From Thalia democratica (lineage: Eukaryota), in contig OZ241828.1 of assembly GCA_965202585.1 (NCBI GenBank), positions 56,978,001-57,042,000 on the forward strand: 64,000 nucleotides of DNA, written 5' to 3'. The translations under genes were made by a program, and so were the position numbers. The notes under the pieces are model-generated. The model ran no database searches. It worked only from the letters and a program-made list of their open reading frames with translations, and had not been told where the DNA came from. Shown piece by piece: positions 23,832-36,390 of this stretch. Every line of letters starts with the position of its first letter. Position 1 is the first letter of the stretch.

Positions 23832-26800
23832 ATGCCGCTTAAAATGCCTTCGTTCCTGACTGGTCTGACCCGCAAAAAGTTGCTGAACGAGGACAGTGGG
23901 GAAGGGACCAAACTGAAAAAGGGCAGCCTCAGTGTCCTCGACCTTACCGTCTTGGGCATTGGAAGCACTTTGGGTATGAGTTTTTTTATTGAACATTTTC
24001 ATAAACTTGAAGTATAAATTTTATAGCTTACTTTAATTTGTTAAAACGTATATAGCTTTTTTTAATTTGTGAGAGTTTACTATGTACCTATATACTTTTA
24101 CATCAAGCTACAAAATTAAAGTTTAAGATTGGTTAAACAAGACTTTTTAGCAGTTTTTTTATAAGGTTTTTTAGTTTAATTTTTTTTTTAGTATTTTGCA
24201 ATTTAAAAAAAAATTTACTTTGTTTTGTAATGAAACACGAGCTATAAACAAAATAAAATGAACATATCAACAAATAAAAAATATTAGAACTTTTAAACCA
24301 AAGTATTGTAATAAGCAGTTGTTTTAAACAACATGTATTTCAATACACACTGTCAATAAACTTTTTTTTAGTGTTTAAGTTTAAAAACACAACCTTGGTT
24401 TCAATAAAAAGTAAATATAAATGGATTTTCAGGTGCTGGAGTCTACAACCTGGGAGGTCAACAGGCTCTCAATACCGGACCTTCTGTAGTTATATGCTAC
24501 GTTATTTGCGCCTTCGTCACTCTTCTATCAGGTAGTTACAAATATTTTTGATTGTACTGTTCAGAAGAGAACAATATTATAGACAATAAGATAAAAAAGC
24601 TTTTTTTGTCTACTGATTTTTTGTAAAGAGACAAAAAACGCTTTGTAAAAACCAAGTTTAAATTTTTTATGTAGTTAACTTTTAGCTCTGAAGCAAAAAT
24701 AATACTTATATACTTGTGTATATAAATTGAAGTAGAACGTTAACTGAACATAGCTTTTTTGTCAGTTTATAAAGAAATATGATGGTTGTACAACGTACAT
24801 TGTTATTTATTACCATTCCAAAATTTCCTGCAGCTTTCTGTTTTGCCGAGTTCGGAGCCCGCGTGCCGAAATCGGGAAGTTCTTACATCTACGCTTACGT
24901 CACACTGGGAGAAATATGGGCGTTCACCATCGGGTGGAACCTCATCTGCGAGTACATGACCGGTTAGTTAAAACTTTAATCTATGTTTTTAGTTCTATTT
25001 ATTTAAAAACTTACATTGTTTCATTTGAACTGTTATTGAGAAAACTTTATTAGTTTATACGCTTATTTTTTTTTGAAAAATAATTCCAACTTTTTTTTCC
25101 AATGCAGGATCAGCAGCGTTGGCGAGCAGTTGGAGCAACAACATCAACTCGCTGTCCGACGGAAAACTGCACGACTGGTACAACTCCACCGTCCCGCTGC
25201 TGCAAGACTCGGAAATACTGAACAGCCACTTCGACATCGTCGCCGTTGCCGTCATTCTCCTTCTCACTGGTTCGTTTGAAATTAACATGGAACAATCAAA
25301 ATTTTAACTTTAAATTTCAATTTAAAAAAAAGCAAACTGTTAAGTCTTTCAGGTAGTGAATTAACGTTCTTTATACACTAAGCTTTTTACCCTCTCTTTT
25401 AAAAATCATAGCTTGAGCAAAAACTTAATTAATAAACCCAAATAATTTTTGTTATTCCACTTAAACTTTATCAGACAGCACTCAACAAACAACTCAAAAA
25501 CTAATTATAATTTTTTTTCAGCTGTTACGATAGTGGGATCGAAACAGAGCAGCTTGGTCACTCAGGCGTGCACTTACGTCAACGGCGTCGTCATAATGTT
25601 CATGATCGTCTGCGGCTTCGTCTACGCCAACTTCGCCAACTGGTCGACCAAGTCCGATGACGTCATGGCGTACCTGAACGACGCGAACAACACGAAAACG
25701 ACGTTCTGCCTGGATGAGGGAAAAAGCGATGGTGAGTTTTATTTTTGTGTTGAAATCACTGTTTGAACAGCGCTAAACACGAGGAATTTGCTTTGAAAAG
25801 ATGTAAAATAAAGTTTAATTATGAAATCTTTGTGTTATATGCTTTGAGAGAACAAAGTAAAACTTATCAGTTTTTCTATAAGTTTTGGGCTGTTATCAGT
25901 TTATAATTTTTTGTTTAGTAAAAGTTTTGTTAATGTAAAACACGTTAGAAATTTTGCGTAAACGAACAAAACTGCTTATAATAGATGTGAGAGATAAGTT
26001 TTTTTTCTAGATTTTGTCTAGCGCGCTTGAACAACTAAAAATCAATGTGTGCTTTGAATAATTGTCGAAAAAATCAAACATTACTGTAAATAAAATGTAA
26101 ATTTTTTAGTAACTACGTTTTTATAAAAATATGTCAATTAAAAGATTTAATTAATAGATTTCTAAGTCACATTTTCAATTAAGCTTAATTTGATTTAAAA
26201 TAAATAAGCAAATGCTACATTTTAATTTTTCTTTTTTATAAATTTGAATTTACAAATTATTATTTCCAGATCATCAAAAACTAATGCATGTTTAAACACG
26301 AACAGTTCAAAGTATAATTATGTACAATTTGAATATATTTTTAGCAAAATTAAAAAAAAAACAAAATATTAAAAGTTTTCAACTAAAAAAAAATTAGACT
26401 ACACGCTAAACAAAACGTAAAACTATTGCACATAATGCACTTATTTATGAAACAAATTAAACAATAACAAAATATTTTTATCAATCATACAAACAAAATA
26501 GAGCCGGAGTGTCCTGCAACTGAAGGAGGTTTCGCGCCAAGGGGAATCCTGGGAATCGTGAAGTCTTGCTCGCTCGTTTTCTACGGGTTCGTCGGCTTCG
26601 ATGTCATTGGAACCACTGGTTAGATAAGTTTACTTACAGTACTATTTCAATTATTTTCTGAGAACAATTTAGTTATAAACTACGTTTTAATAATGTTTTG
26701 TTATTTCCTAAAATGATAGTCTATAAACTCAAAGTGTTCTTTAGAAAATCGTTAAAAAACAAGCTAGCTGTGATGCACTTAAATTTAAAAACTAATCACA

Positions 26801-29800
26801 AAACTCTTTTAAAGTGGCTCATTTTCAAAGATCATTTTTTCAAGCCAAAGACATTAAAAAATACTGTTCTGTTTAACTTTAAATAACATTATTTTAAGTA
26901 ATTGTGTATTTCAAAGAATCTTTAATGTCTCCTCACATACTACAAACGTATATACTTATAAAATATATTACTAATATATTATCGATATTTTATCAAACTG
27001 ATAATCAAAACAAAAAAACGTTTCACTCGAGGTGTTAATCTAGGTTGATCGACAGTTGATAATTTAATGTTATTCAAAAGAAAAAGAAAAAAAAAAACAT
27101 TGTTTTGTTATAAACTCTTGCATTATAATTTATTGAATAGAGTCTTGATAGTTTATCTTCTTACGTGTGTATAAGTTAAGAACACTTTGTTTCTAAATTT
27201 AGAAAAAGGACACAATCTTATATTATTATCTTTAAACAAGCAAACAGGGGATGAAGCAAAGAAGCCTTACTGTTATAATATAATTAATTTTTTTTTCTAG
27301 TTACTGAACTTATTATTGTAATCTTCATACTCTAGGTACATGATATAAGCAAGTATTTTAACAAAAAGTACAATATGAGTATTACTTAAATAAAATACAA
27401 AACAGGGGACGAAGCGAAGAAGCCGCACAAGTCCATCCCCCGTTCCATCTTCCTCTCGTTGTCAGTGGTCACCGTCGCCTACATCCTCCTCAACACCTCC
27501 CTGACCCTCATGGTCCCATACTACTCCATCGACCACAGCGCGCCCGCCGTCAGCGCTTTCGGTAAGATAGGGCTCGATTGGGCGAAAATCGTTGTGGGGG
27601 TGGGGGCCACCGCCGCCATTACTTCCAGGTTTGTAGAACTTGTTATAGCTAGTGAATACGGTTCACGTAAAATACATTTTGAACGTTTAGTTTTATTTTG
27701 CTGACATTATCACTTATACGGTATGTTATTGTGAGTAGGAGTGAAGGTTTTTAGCTGAAGATTTTGAACAAACGTTTTGATTAGCTGAGAATTTGTGCAT
27801 GGAAATTCACGCTTAACTTTTATGAATTGCAAGTTTTACCTAGTTAAACTTTATAGAACTAACATGAAGTTACAACTATAAGCATAGAGTATTTTTTAGT
27901 TGCAATTTTACCTTTCTCGCAAATGTAAATACTTTTTTTTGTACATTGAACAGCTTGATGGGTACCATCTTCCCTGTCCCGAGAGTGATCTACGCCATTG
28001 CAGAGGACGGTTTGATATTCAAAAAGCTTGGATTTGTGCTGAAGGCCACTCAAACCCCGGTATTCGCGCCATTAATCACTTCTTCAATTGCATGTTGGTT
28101 GAACTTTTAACAAGATAGCAAAGAAAGTTGCAACAAAATAAATAAAAGCTATAAATAAATTTTTAGGTGATTTTTAGACAATTAGTTAAATGCTTTTCTG
28201 GGCTATTTAAGTACATATAAGTATTTCTATAAAAGTTAAATTCAGAAGATGCAACAAATTTTTTTTTAGCTTAAATTATAAGAAAATTTTAAATGATTTT
28301 TTTAATCCAAGTTTACATAAAAAACAGCCATAGTGAGCTATTAACAAATAAAAATAAACAAAAGACAACAACTAGCAAATATTCAACAGGTTTGATAGCA
28401 AGCATGTTCAAGTTGGACGATTTGTTGGAAATGGGCACCATTGGTACCCTGGTGTGTTATGCCCTCACATCCGTATGCGTCCTCATTCTCAGGTTTGTTA
28501 TATGAAAAAAATTTAGTTGCACGGTTATGAATAATGAATGACTTTTTTAGCATTTTATAAACTTTAGGTTGAAAAATATCAATTGATTTTTTAAAGTTTT
28601 TAAACAACTTTTTATATATATTTTTTTTAAACGCAAAGTTAGTTAGAGAATTGTTGTTAAAAAGGTACAAAAGCGAAGATGACGTTGCCGACGAGCGAAA
28701 CATTTTCAAAAAAATGATCTTCCCCGACGACAAAGCCAGCAGGACATCGGGAAAAATCGTCCTCGTGGCCACACTATCTTTCTGTAAATTTATTCTTAAA
28801 ATTACTTGCTTAGCTGAAAATTATTTTTGTAGTTTTTAGCTTTAGATTTTACGAACCATAAGCTGAGTTGACATGTTCTTTAACATTTTTCAGCTGTGCT
28901 GTCATTGGTATTCGGGGCAGTTATGAATGTTCAGGAGAAAGGAGCTCTCGTGTACTGCTTCATTGGGTTCGTTGCATTCTGTCTGCTGGCCCTGACCTTC
29001 GTCATCTACAGGCAGAAGCAGCAACCAACTGACCTTTACTTCAAGGTTGGTAAACTTTAAATCTGAAAATAACTAATTTTAAATACATTTTGCAAAACAT
29101 GCATGTTTTTTACTTCCACCAGAGTAAACTGTAAATGTAAAATGCTTAAGATAAATGTACATTTTGCAAAAATTGTCCTTGACATAAGCAATATAACCCC
29201 AAACGGACAAACGTGTAATAAAGTGTTTAAGGGACGATATCTATTAACAAAGGTATTTTTTTTTTAATTGCTGCAAAGTAGGTGACTGTAAAAATGAGTT
29301 TGGGAAACCTAGCTTTAAATAAATGTACTTTACGCAAAATATTTAAACTGTAAGAAACACATGTACTTAACAGGTTCCGTTCTGCCCGTTCTTCCCCCTC
29401 TTGTCAATTTTCTTCAACTTGTTTCTGATGTGCCTATTGGGCGCCACTGTTTGGGCGTTCTGGATTGTCTGGATGGTGATTGGTTAGTTTTTAGTTTATA
29501 TTTTTAAAATCTTGTGTTCAAACGAATACTTCCTATAAAAGTATTCAAATTTGTATTTATAGTTTTATTTTCTTATTCATTGAATTTAAGCTTTTAGATA
29601 TAAAACTTGTTGGAAATTTTGCTAACAACTTATTTTTTTTTTACTCTTTATGCTGTTCATAGTCGTCAGACGATTAAATAAACAAATAAACTAACATCAA
29701 CTTAAAAACAAAGGTTACGTGATCTACTTCACCTACGGACACAAAAACAGCGTGGTGGGCAAGAACAACAACTCGATAGAAGTGACGGAAAAGATGGAGA

Positions 29801-29844
29801 TGAACAAAATCGACAGCAAAGGTGACGAAGTTGTCGACGTTTGA
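23832..29844 (+). CDS. Cationic amino acid transporter, SLC7A1-4 (CAT) family, 13 exons, 611 aa
   Basis: Exons 23832-23973, 24433-24531, 24834-24962, 25108-25269, 25522-25731, 26502-26618, 27406-27628, 27954-28093, 28390-28492, 28665-28783, 28894-29045, 29374-29482, 29714-29844. All GT-AG and phase-compatible, total 1836 nt. CAT motifs: [88 protein letters not shown]. Exact paralog not assignable. Confidence 0.93.
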
Positions 29845-30327
29845 AGAACTCTTTATTTTTTTTTGTTACGGCTCAACACTGCTCACCATTCTGCCTTCTG
29901 CTGTCTTTTTCTTTTTTTTGTAAAGCTTTTTGAAGTTTTTCCAGTAAACTGCTGATTTACCGTTGTTTCGCGTACTTTTAATAAAGCAATATTGCAAATG
30001 TTATCTATTATTTTCGTATGTCTATGTTGAAAGTTATATTGAAAACAAACTTACAAGAAGAGCACGTCAGGAAATGTCTTTGTTTAGAAAAACTTTTACT
30101 TAAAGTTTACGTTAATAAAAAACTTATACAAACAAATACGAATCGGTTGCAGTAAAACTGTCTTTGTTATGCAGTTGAGAAAGGTAACAAAACAGAAGTT
30201 CAAAATAATGTTTAAACTATTATCCCTAATCCATTTTACTCTAACATACGACATATAAAACTAAAAGAAATATTTTGTTACGGCCGGGTCCTATTTAACT
30301 TACAAACTTTTCTCACAATGTCTAGTG

Positions 30328-30717
30328 CATGGGTAGGCAAAATTTTCAATCGGCGGGCGAGATGTACAAAAATGTAATCCTTTGCGTGCCGAGGTGGTTC
30401 AATTACACTTGAGTTACGAAAATTACTCAATTGTCGAATTCATTTTGATATAACACTACTTGTATGTGAACCTGTTTTTTATTATATATTTCTAAGCTTC
30501 CAATCTCCCATAAATTGTACCTGAGACCATTTTTATTCAATTTCAGGTTCTAGAATATCTAGTGTAAGTTTTGAAATTTGGTTTATTGGTCCAGGTTTAC
30601 AGGCTTGCGGGCCGAAACTTAGTCTCTCGTGGGCGGACTCAACTTATATTTGCTCTTATATTCCACTTATATTGGCATGACGGTTCGGGTCCGCGGGTCG
30701 TACGTTGCCCACCTTTA
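30328..30717. mobile_element. Non-autonomous hAT-type MITE, about 390 bp
   Basis: Imperfect TIRs CATGGGTAGGCAA / TTGCCCACCTTTA, subterminal GCGGGC and CCGCGGG motifs typical of Charlie-like hATs, and 8-bp flanking duplication GTCTAGTG / GTCTTGTG (7 of 8 match). Confidence 0.7.
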
Positions 30718-31170
30718 GTCTTGTGTAAGTTTTAAAACTTCGAATACGCCTAAGACCCTTTTTCTCTTTATCATAGACTGTATAGTGTAATTTCAAATTT
30801 TCTTTTTTTTTTAACTTGTCTAGTGTAATTTTCAAAATTTCTCCTTAGTACCTGGCAAAAGTTTAAAGACTAACCTTAAATCCGCCAAAGACTTTTTTTG
30901 CTCTTTATCAAAAATTTTAGAATGCCTAAAGTTATTTCAAATTTTCTAATGATATACAATGCAATTTTCAACGATTTCACTTAATATCTATTGTAAGTTT
31001 CAAAACTACTCTTAAAAACGACAAACATCTTTTTTTTTTGTTGTTCATCATATATTTCAGAATGTCTAGTAAAAGTTCGAAACTTATTTAAAATACCTAA
31101 TGTAATATACAAACCTTTCTCGTAATATCTAGTATAAGTTTTAAGACTCACCTCAAATATCCCTAAAGCC
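30718..31170. repeat. Degenerate tandem/minisatellite region
   Basis: Recurrent TCTAGTGTAAGTTT-like and GCCTAA/GCCAAAGAC..CTCTTTATCA-like motifs; unit boundaries not clean. Confidence 0.4.
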
Positions 31171-33060
31171 TTTTTTTTTCGAGTACACCGTCAAGTCCAA
31201 TGCCCAATAAATTTCTAAGCTAAAAAATAATTACTGGAAACAGCTGAAAACACTAAAACTAGTTCAGTGTATTTACCGTAATCATAATATTAGGGTCCGG
31301 CAGGATTCAAACATTACTTTTAAGTTAGCATCCAGATCTAAAAAGGTTTTTTCCAACAAGATCCGGTTAATCACTAGTTTTAATTTTACAAAGTATCTAC
31401 ATTTTGTTTATAGTAGATCAGTAAATGCATAACGTTTTTAAGGTAAGCTCCCTACTTTATTGTTTTAAATAAATAATAATTTAAAACTTTTTGTTTCGAA
31501 CACATATAACAAAGCATAATTTAGACAACTTTTATTGTACTATACTTAGTACAAAATTTGAATCAAATAAAACATTTATAAACAATCAACTACTAAGGGT
31601 TTTTTTTTTTTGTTTTTTATTTTACTGAAAAATAGAAAAATAACTTTTTGCACTCTTTATTGTTTAAACTTTAATGGATTTCTTACTTGTTTAAAAATCT
31701 TTTTTCAATTCTTTATTCATTTAATGGACATAAAACTCAAACGGTTAAATCAAGTTGTATTCTAATTTGCTTTATACTAGGTTTAGTTAAAAATAGAATT
31801 AGAAACCTTAAGAATAGTTTAAGTACAAGAATGCTAAATTAAGAACATTACAAATTAACAGCAGAGTATTGTAGTTATTGTTTTATTTCATCACATACAA
31901 ATAAATAGCATAGTATTTTCATCGGCTTCTAATTATATTATCGAGGTCATCACGGTATTCGTTTGTGACTTAAATACATAATTTACTTTACATAGAAATC
32001 TTTTTTTTTTTTTGTAAAGCTAATTACGCATACATTAGCAGTTTATTAAAGTTTATTCAAACATTAAGGCACTCAAAAAAAAAAACAAGTATACTCTTTA
32101 TTTTAAATAAAACAAGTTATTTAACTTTTACTATTAAATAGAATTGAACATAAATATATAAACTCTAAAGGAACACTATAGTATTCTTTCTGCATACAAA
32201 TGGTAGTTTTCTATTTAAAATTCTATTATTCATTTTTATTCTATTATAGCTCCCTTTTTGATCGAGTCAAAAACGTTGAACTTACTTAAAACAAATTGCA
32301 ACAGTTGTATAGCTTCTCTTTCAATTAAAATTAGTACTTAACTTGTTTGGTATTTATATCTTAGCTTTCACTTATTAATTGAATGTTTTTCTAAACTATT
32401 TGAAAGTTGTTTTTATTTTTATTTGCCGGTTTAGTGCAGTTTCTGACTTTGCAACCTAAAATGTCTGACTTTACAACAAATTTACAACAGTTTCTGACTT
32501 TACAACCTAAAATTTTTCAACTCTCTATGTCGATCGGACCGACATCAGTTCGTTTTTTACTTTTCACTTTTTGAGTAGCATTTAGCTTTTTCAATTCTTG
32601 TGTATAATTAAAATGTTTAAATTTTTTAAATAACACCCTAAGTTTATTAAGTTAATAATTAAAATTTTTATTAAGTGTGTTTTTAGAGTTGCAATATGTA
32701 AACATTATGTATTGTACCATAATAAACTTAAAACATTAGGCGAAAACAAGGTTTATCAAAAACAACTATGTACACATAGTATTTTGAATTATACATTAGT
32801 AAAATTTTAATAGTTTTATTATTTTAGTTTCTCAAATCTTCTTGGAACTGCCAATTTTCTTTCCAATTTTTTCTTTATTGTTTTGGAAGGTGTTTGATAT
32901 ACAATCAAGTCGGTAAAGGTGGAACGGTCAAAAACCAATTTTATAGAACAAGAAATGAACAGAAAAACGATAAAGTTTAAAAAGACTTAAAATTAAAAAA
33001 CTTTGGAGTTTATGCAGCAAAGTATAGCTACTATTGAGTGAGTATTGGTGAGTTCTATTG

Positions 33061-33994
33061 GGAACGGGTCTAAATTGCACGAAGACAAAATTGCACGAGG
33101 TTACTAAATTGCACGAGGGGACTAAATTTCACGAGAACAAAATTGCACGAGTGCACAAAATTGCACAAAATCAAATTTATACAAAGCCAAATTTGCACGA
33201 GAGCACACATTTGCACGAGGGAACAAAATTGTACGAAGACGATTTTGCACCAAGGGTTAATTTTGCACGAATTACATTTTTGCACAAAAGTAAAAATTAC
33301 AGAATAAAAATAAAATTAAAAAAACAAAAAAATAATCAAAAAATAATTCAATTAAAAAAAAATTACTGGCCGAGGGTAAGGGTTAGAGGTATCAGTGATA
33401 GTAAAACAAAAATATTAAAAATAACTAATAAAAATACTATTATGGGAAGGTTTTTAAACGTATTTATATACCATTTGCAAATTAATATCAATAGATTATT
33501 CATTCTGTTTTTTATATTTTTTTGAAATGTATTTAAAATTTATCACTTGAGAATAAAACTTGTATGGTTTTGATAAGCTTTGTAAAATAAAATAAACAAA
33601 ACAAAATGAATAATCTATTGATATTAAGTTGCAAATGGTATATAAAATACTAATAAAAACTATAATAAAAAAAAATTCAATAAAAATTAAAAAGCTACCG
33701 ACCGAGGGTAAGAGTTAGAGGTAACAGTAATAGTAAAAATATAATATAAAATAATTAAAAAAATTATGTTAAAAAAAATAACAAATAAAGCAAAAGAAAA
33801 AAAGTTACCGACTAGGGTCTAGGGGTAACAGTGATAGTAAAAGAAAAAAAAAACTACTAAATTTAAATATGAAAAACATAACAATAATAAAAAAATTGTC
33901 TCCGAGCAAAATTGTCTGCTCATGCAAAAGTATCTTAGTGCAATTTTGTATGCTCGTGCAATTTTGTATGCTCGTGCAAATTAGACAGCTATCC
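33061..33994. mobile_element. Non-autonomous foldback/MULE-like MITE, 934 bp, 10-bp TSD
   Basis: Begins GGA and ends TCC; flanked by exact direct repeat AGTTCTATTG (33051-33060, 33995-34004). AAATTGCACGAG repeats at the left end are inverted (CTCGTGCAAT/AAA) at the right end. Superfamily inferred from TSD length and repeat-rich ends. Confidence 0.8.
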
Positions 33995-35114
33995 AGTTCT
34001 ATTGTATCCAGACATGACGTCTTTTTTACAAATAATTAGCGTAAACTTGTATTATATTTTTTAATGACTTTTTCTGAAGTTTTTCTTATAAAATTTAAAT
34101 AAAAATAATTACGGCTATTAATCAAAATCTTAAAATTTAATTTTTATCTGATTTTTTGTTTTAATTTTAAATTTTTAGACCATTGTCAAAAGTTTTTTTT
34201 TCATTGTAAATTTTTAAAGTTTTTAGTTATACATTACAAAATTATTCCATCCATTAAATTTATGAGTTTAAAACTTTATTTTTTGAAGTCTCTTTGAGTT
34301 TTTTTAGACTTTCTTGCATCGAAAAGGTTTGTTTGATTACTTATTATTTTACTTGCTTGCTAAGGGCGATTAAAAAGTAATAATTCAAGCAAAATAATGA
34401 GTTAAAACACTATTTTTGTACGTTTTTTTAACAAATTTTTTCTAAAGATTAATAATTTTGTATTATTGGACTACTGTGGTTGAATTATATGTTGTGTTTT
34501 TGAGCTCTAAAATTCACTGCGTTAATGCTCTATGCTCAAGCTGAATTCAACTTACAACAAAAAATATTCTATAGTTTCAACTTTGGGTTAATTTGTTGTT
34601 TATCAAAAAAAAAAATTGAAACTGAGATGACATGTTCAACTTTTGGAAGTGCAAAACAAAAAGTTCAAAACAAAAAGTGCAATATTTCATCATTTTACTC
34701 AAAGTGCAGAACAAAAAGTGCAGAATTACATTAGTCCACTCAAAGTGCAGAAGAAAAAGTGCAATATTTTATATGTTGCTAAAATCAAAGGTTAAAGTTA
34801 AAAAAATAAAAGAATTTAAAAGACTAATTTTAAAAAATGCTGAATCAGCAAATATCAGAGGAACTACGTTTCACTTAAAATCAGACCCGTTTAATCACAA
34901 AGAAAAACAAATTATGCAAAAAATAAAAATTCCTTGACAAGACGTTAAAAGGTATCCGTGATGAGCAACTCGATAACCTAAAAGTTTTTCGTGCACCAGG
35001 TCCTAGAATCAAAATTTTTTGTCGTTCAATAAACTATAACTTCAACATTATAGTTTTCAATACTATATAAAATTATTAAAGTACTTAATTATCAAGTTAA
35101 AATTTTAAACATAT

Positions 35115-36066
35115 ATGAGTATGACGTGAGGATTCTAGTAAATTTAAAACGAATATAATGTATTCATTTATGACGTCTAAATAAAAAAAAACTGTGCTTT
35201 CCGTAATGTTAACGCCAAAGTTACTCATTTAATCGAACTCATATTTCGTATACGTAATAAGTATGACGTAACGATTCTAGCAAATTTAAAATAAAAAAAA
35301 AATTGTTTATGACGTCACAATAAAAAAAACTGTGCTTTCCGTAATGTTTACGTCAAAGTTACTCGTTCAATCAAACCCAAATTTCGTATACGTAATCAGT
35401 ATGACAAAACGATTCTAGCAAACTTAAAATTAAAAAAAAAATTCATTTATGACGTCACAATAAAAAAAAACTGTGCTTTCCGTAATGTTTACGTCAAAGT
35501 TACTTGTTCAATCGAACCCAAATTTCGTATATGTAATAAGTATGACGTAACGATTCTAGCAAATTTAAAATTAAAAAATTTTTTTGTTTATGACGTCACA
35601 ATAAAAAAAAACTGTGCTTACCGTAATGTTTACGTCAAAGTTACTCGTTCAATCGAACCCAAATTTCGTATACGTAATCAGTATGACAAAACGATTCTAG
35701 CAAATTTAAAATTTAAAAAAAATATTCATTTATGACGTCACAATAAAAAAAAACTGTGCTTTATGTAATGTTTACGTCAAAGTTACTAGTTCAATCGAAC
35801 CCAAATTTTGTATACGTAATCAGTATGACGTAACGATTCAAGCAAATTTTAATTTTATTTTAAATGTTCATTTATGACTTCACAATAAAATAAACTGTGC
35901 TTTCCGTAATGTTTACGTCAAAGTTACTAGTTCAATCGAACTAAAATTTCGTATACGTAATAAGTATTACGTTACGATTCTAGCAAATTTAAACTTTATT
36001 TTAAATATTCATTTATGACTTCACTATAAAAAAAAAACTCTGCTTTCCGTAATGTTTACGTCAAAG
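35115..36066 (+). repeat. Tandem array, unit about 141 bp, about 6.7 copies (left arm)
   Basis: CTGTGCTT anchor at 35192, 35330, 35471, 35612, 35754, 35895 and (CTCTGC) 36038. Confidence 0.95.
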
Positions 36067-36390
36067 TTTATTAAAAAGAATTTGTAAACAGTACTGAAAA
36101 TAAAATTAAACTTTCGAAGTTTTTCCTTTGTTTGGCCTATTTATTAAAGATAGTAAGTGTAAAAACGTTTTATATTTAAAATTTATCTTTTTTCTCCCTG
36201 CTTTGTTTATAATACCTATAACAACAATTTTTAATGTTAACGTTTTGTTGCATCAGATTTTTTACAAATTTTAAATGTTGACCTTTGACATATCAAACTG
36301 TTTACAAACTGTTTTTATAAACAAAGTATTAATTGAAAAATTTGTTTTGGAAAATTATATTAACATAAATAATTCAAAAAACTTCAAAGA

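Noticed and set aside
27954-27990. Thr in place of the usual Ser in the CAT motif LLGSMFP (here LMGTIFP) as a specificity change
   Set aside because: Conservative hydroxyl substitution; the TM1 GSTLG, the GWNL..E glutamate and the FVGFD aspartate are retained, so there is no basis for claiming altered substrate.
31255-31380. GGTCCGG/ATCCAGATC/GATCCGG motifs as a hAT MITE relic
   Set aside because: No paired TIRs or TSD could be defined.
32527-32545. GC-rich mini-hairpin after short TCTGACTTT repeats as a Helitron 3' end
   Set aside because: No CTRR terminus at the expected distance on either strand and no 5' TC end identified.
33370-33400. GGGTAAGGGTTAG as interstitial telomere
   Set aside because: Only one to two degenerate units, embedded in a repeated MITE module.
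33058-33525. 155-aa ORF with repeated KLHE motifs (also ORFs 34632-34937 and 40067-40364)
   Set aside because: These are translations of transposon subterminal repeats, not genes.
35115-36066. 141-bp period as a nucleosome-positioning signal
   Set aside because: Closeness to 147 bp is suggestive only; the period is shorter than a nucleosome repeat and nothing in the sequence tests it.
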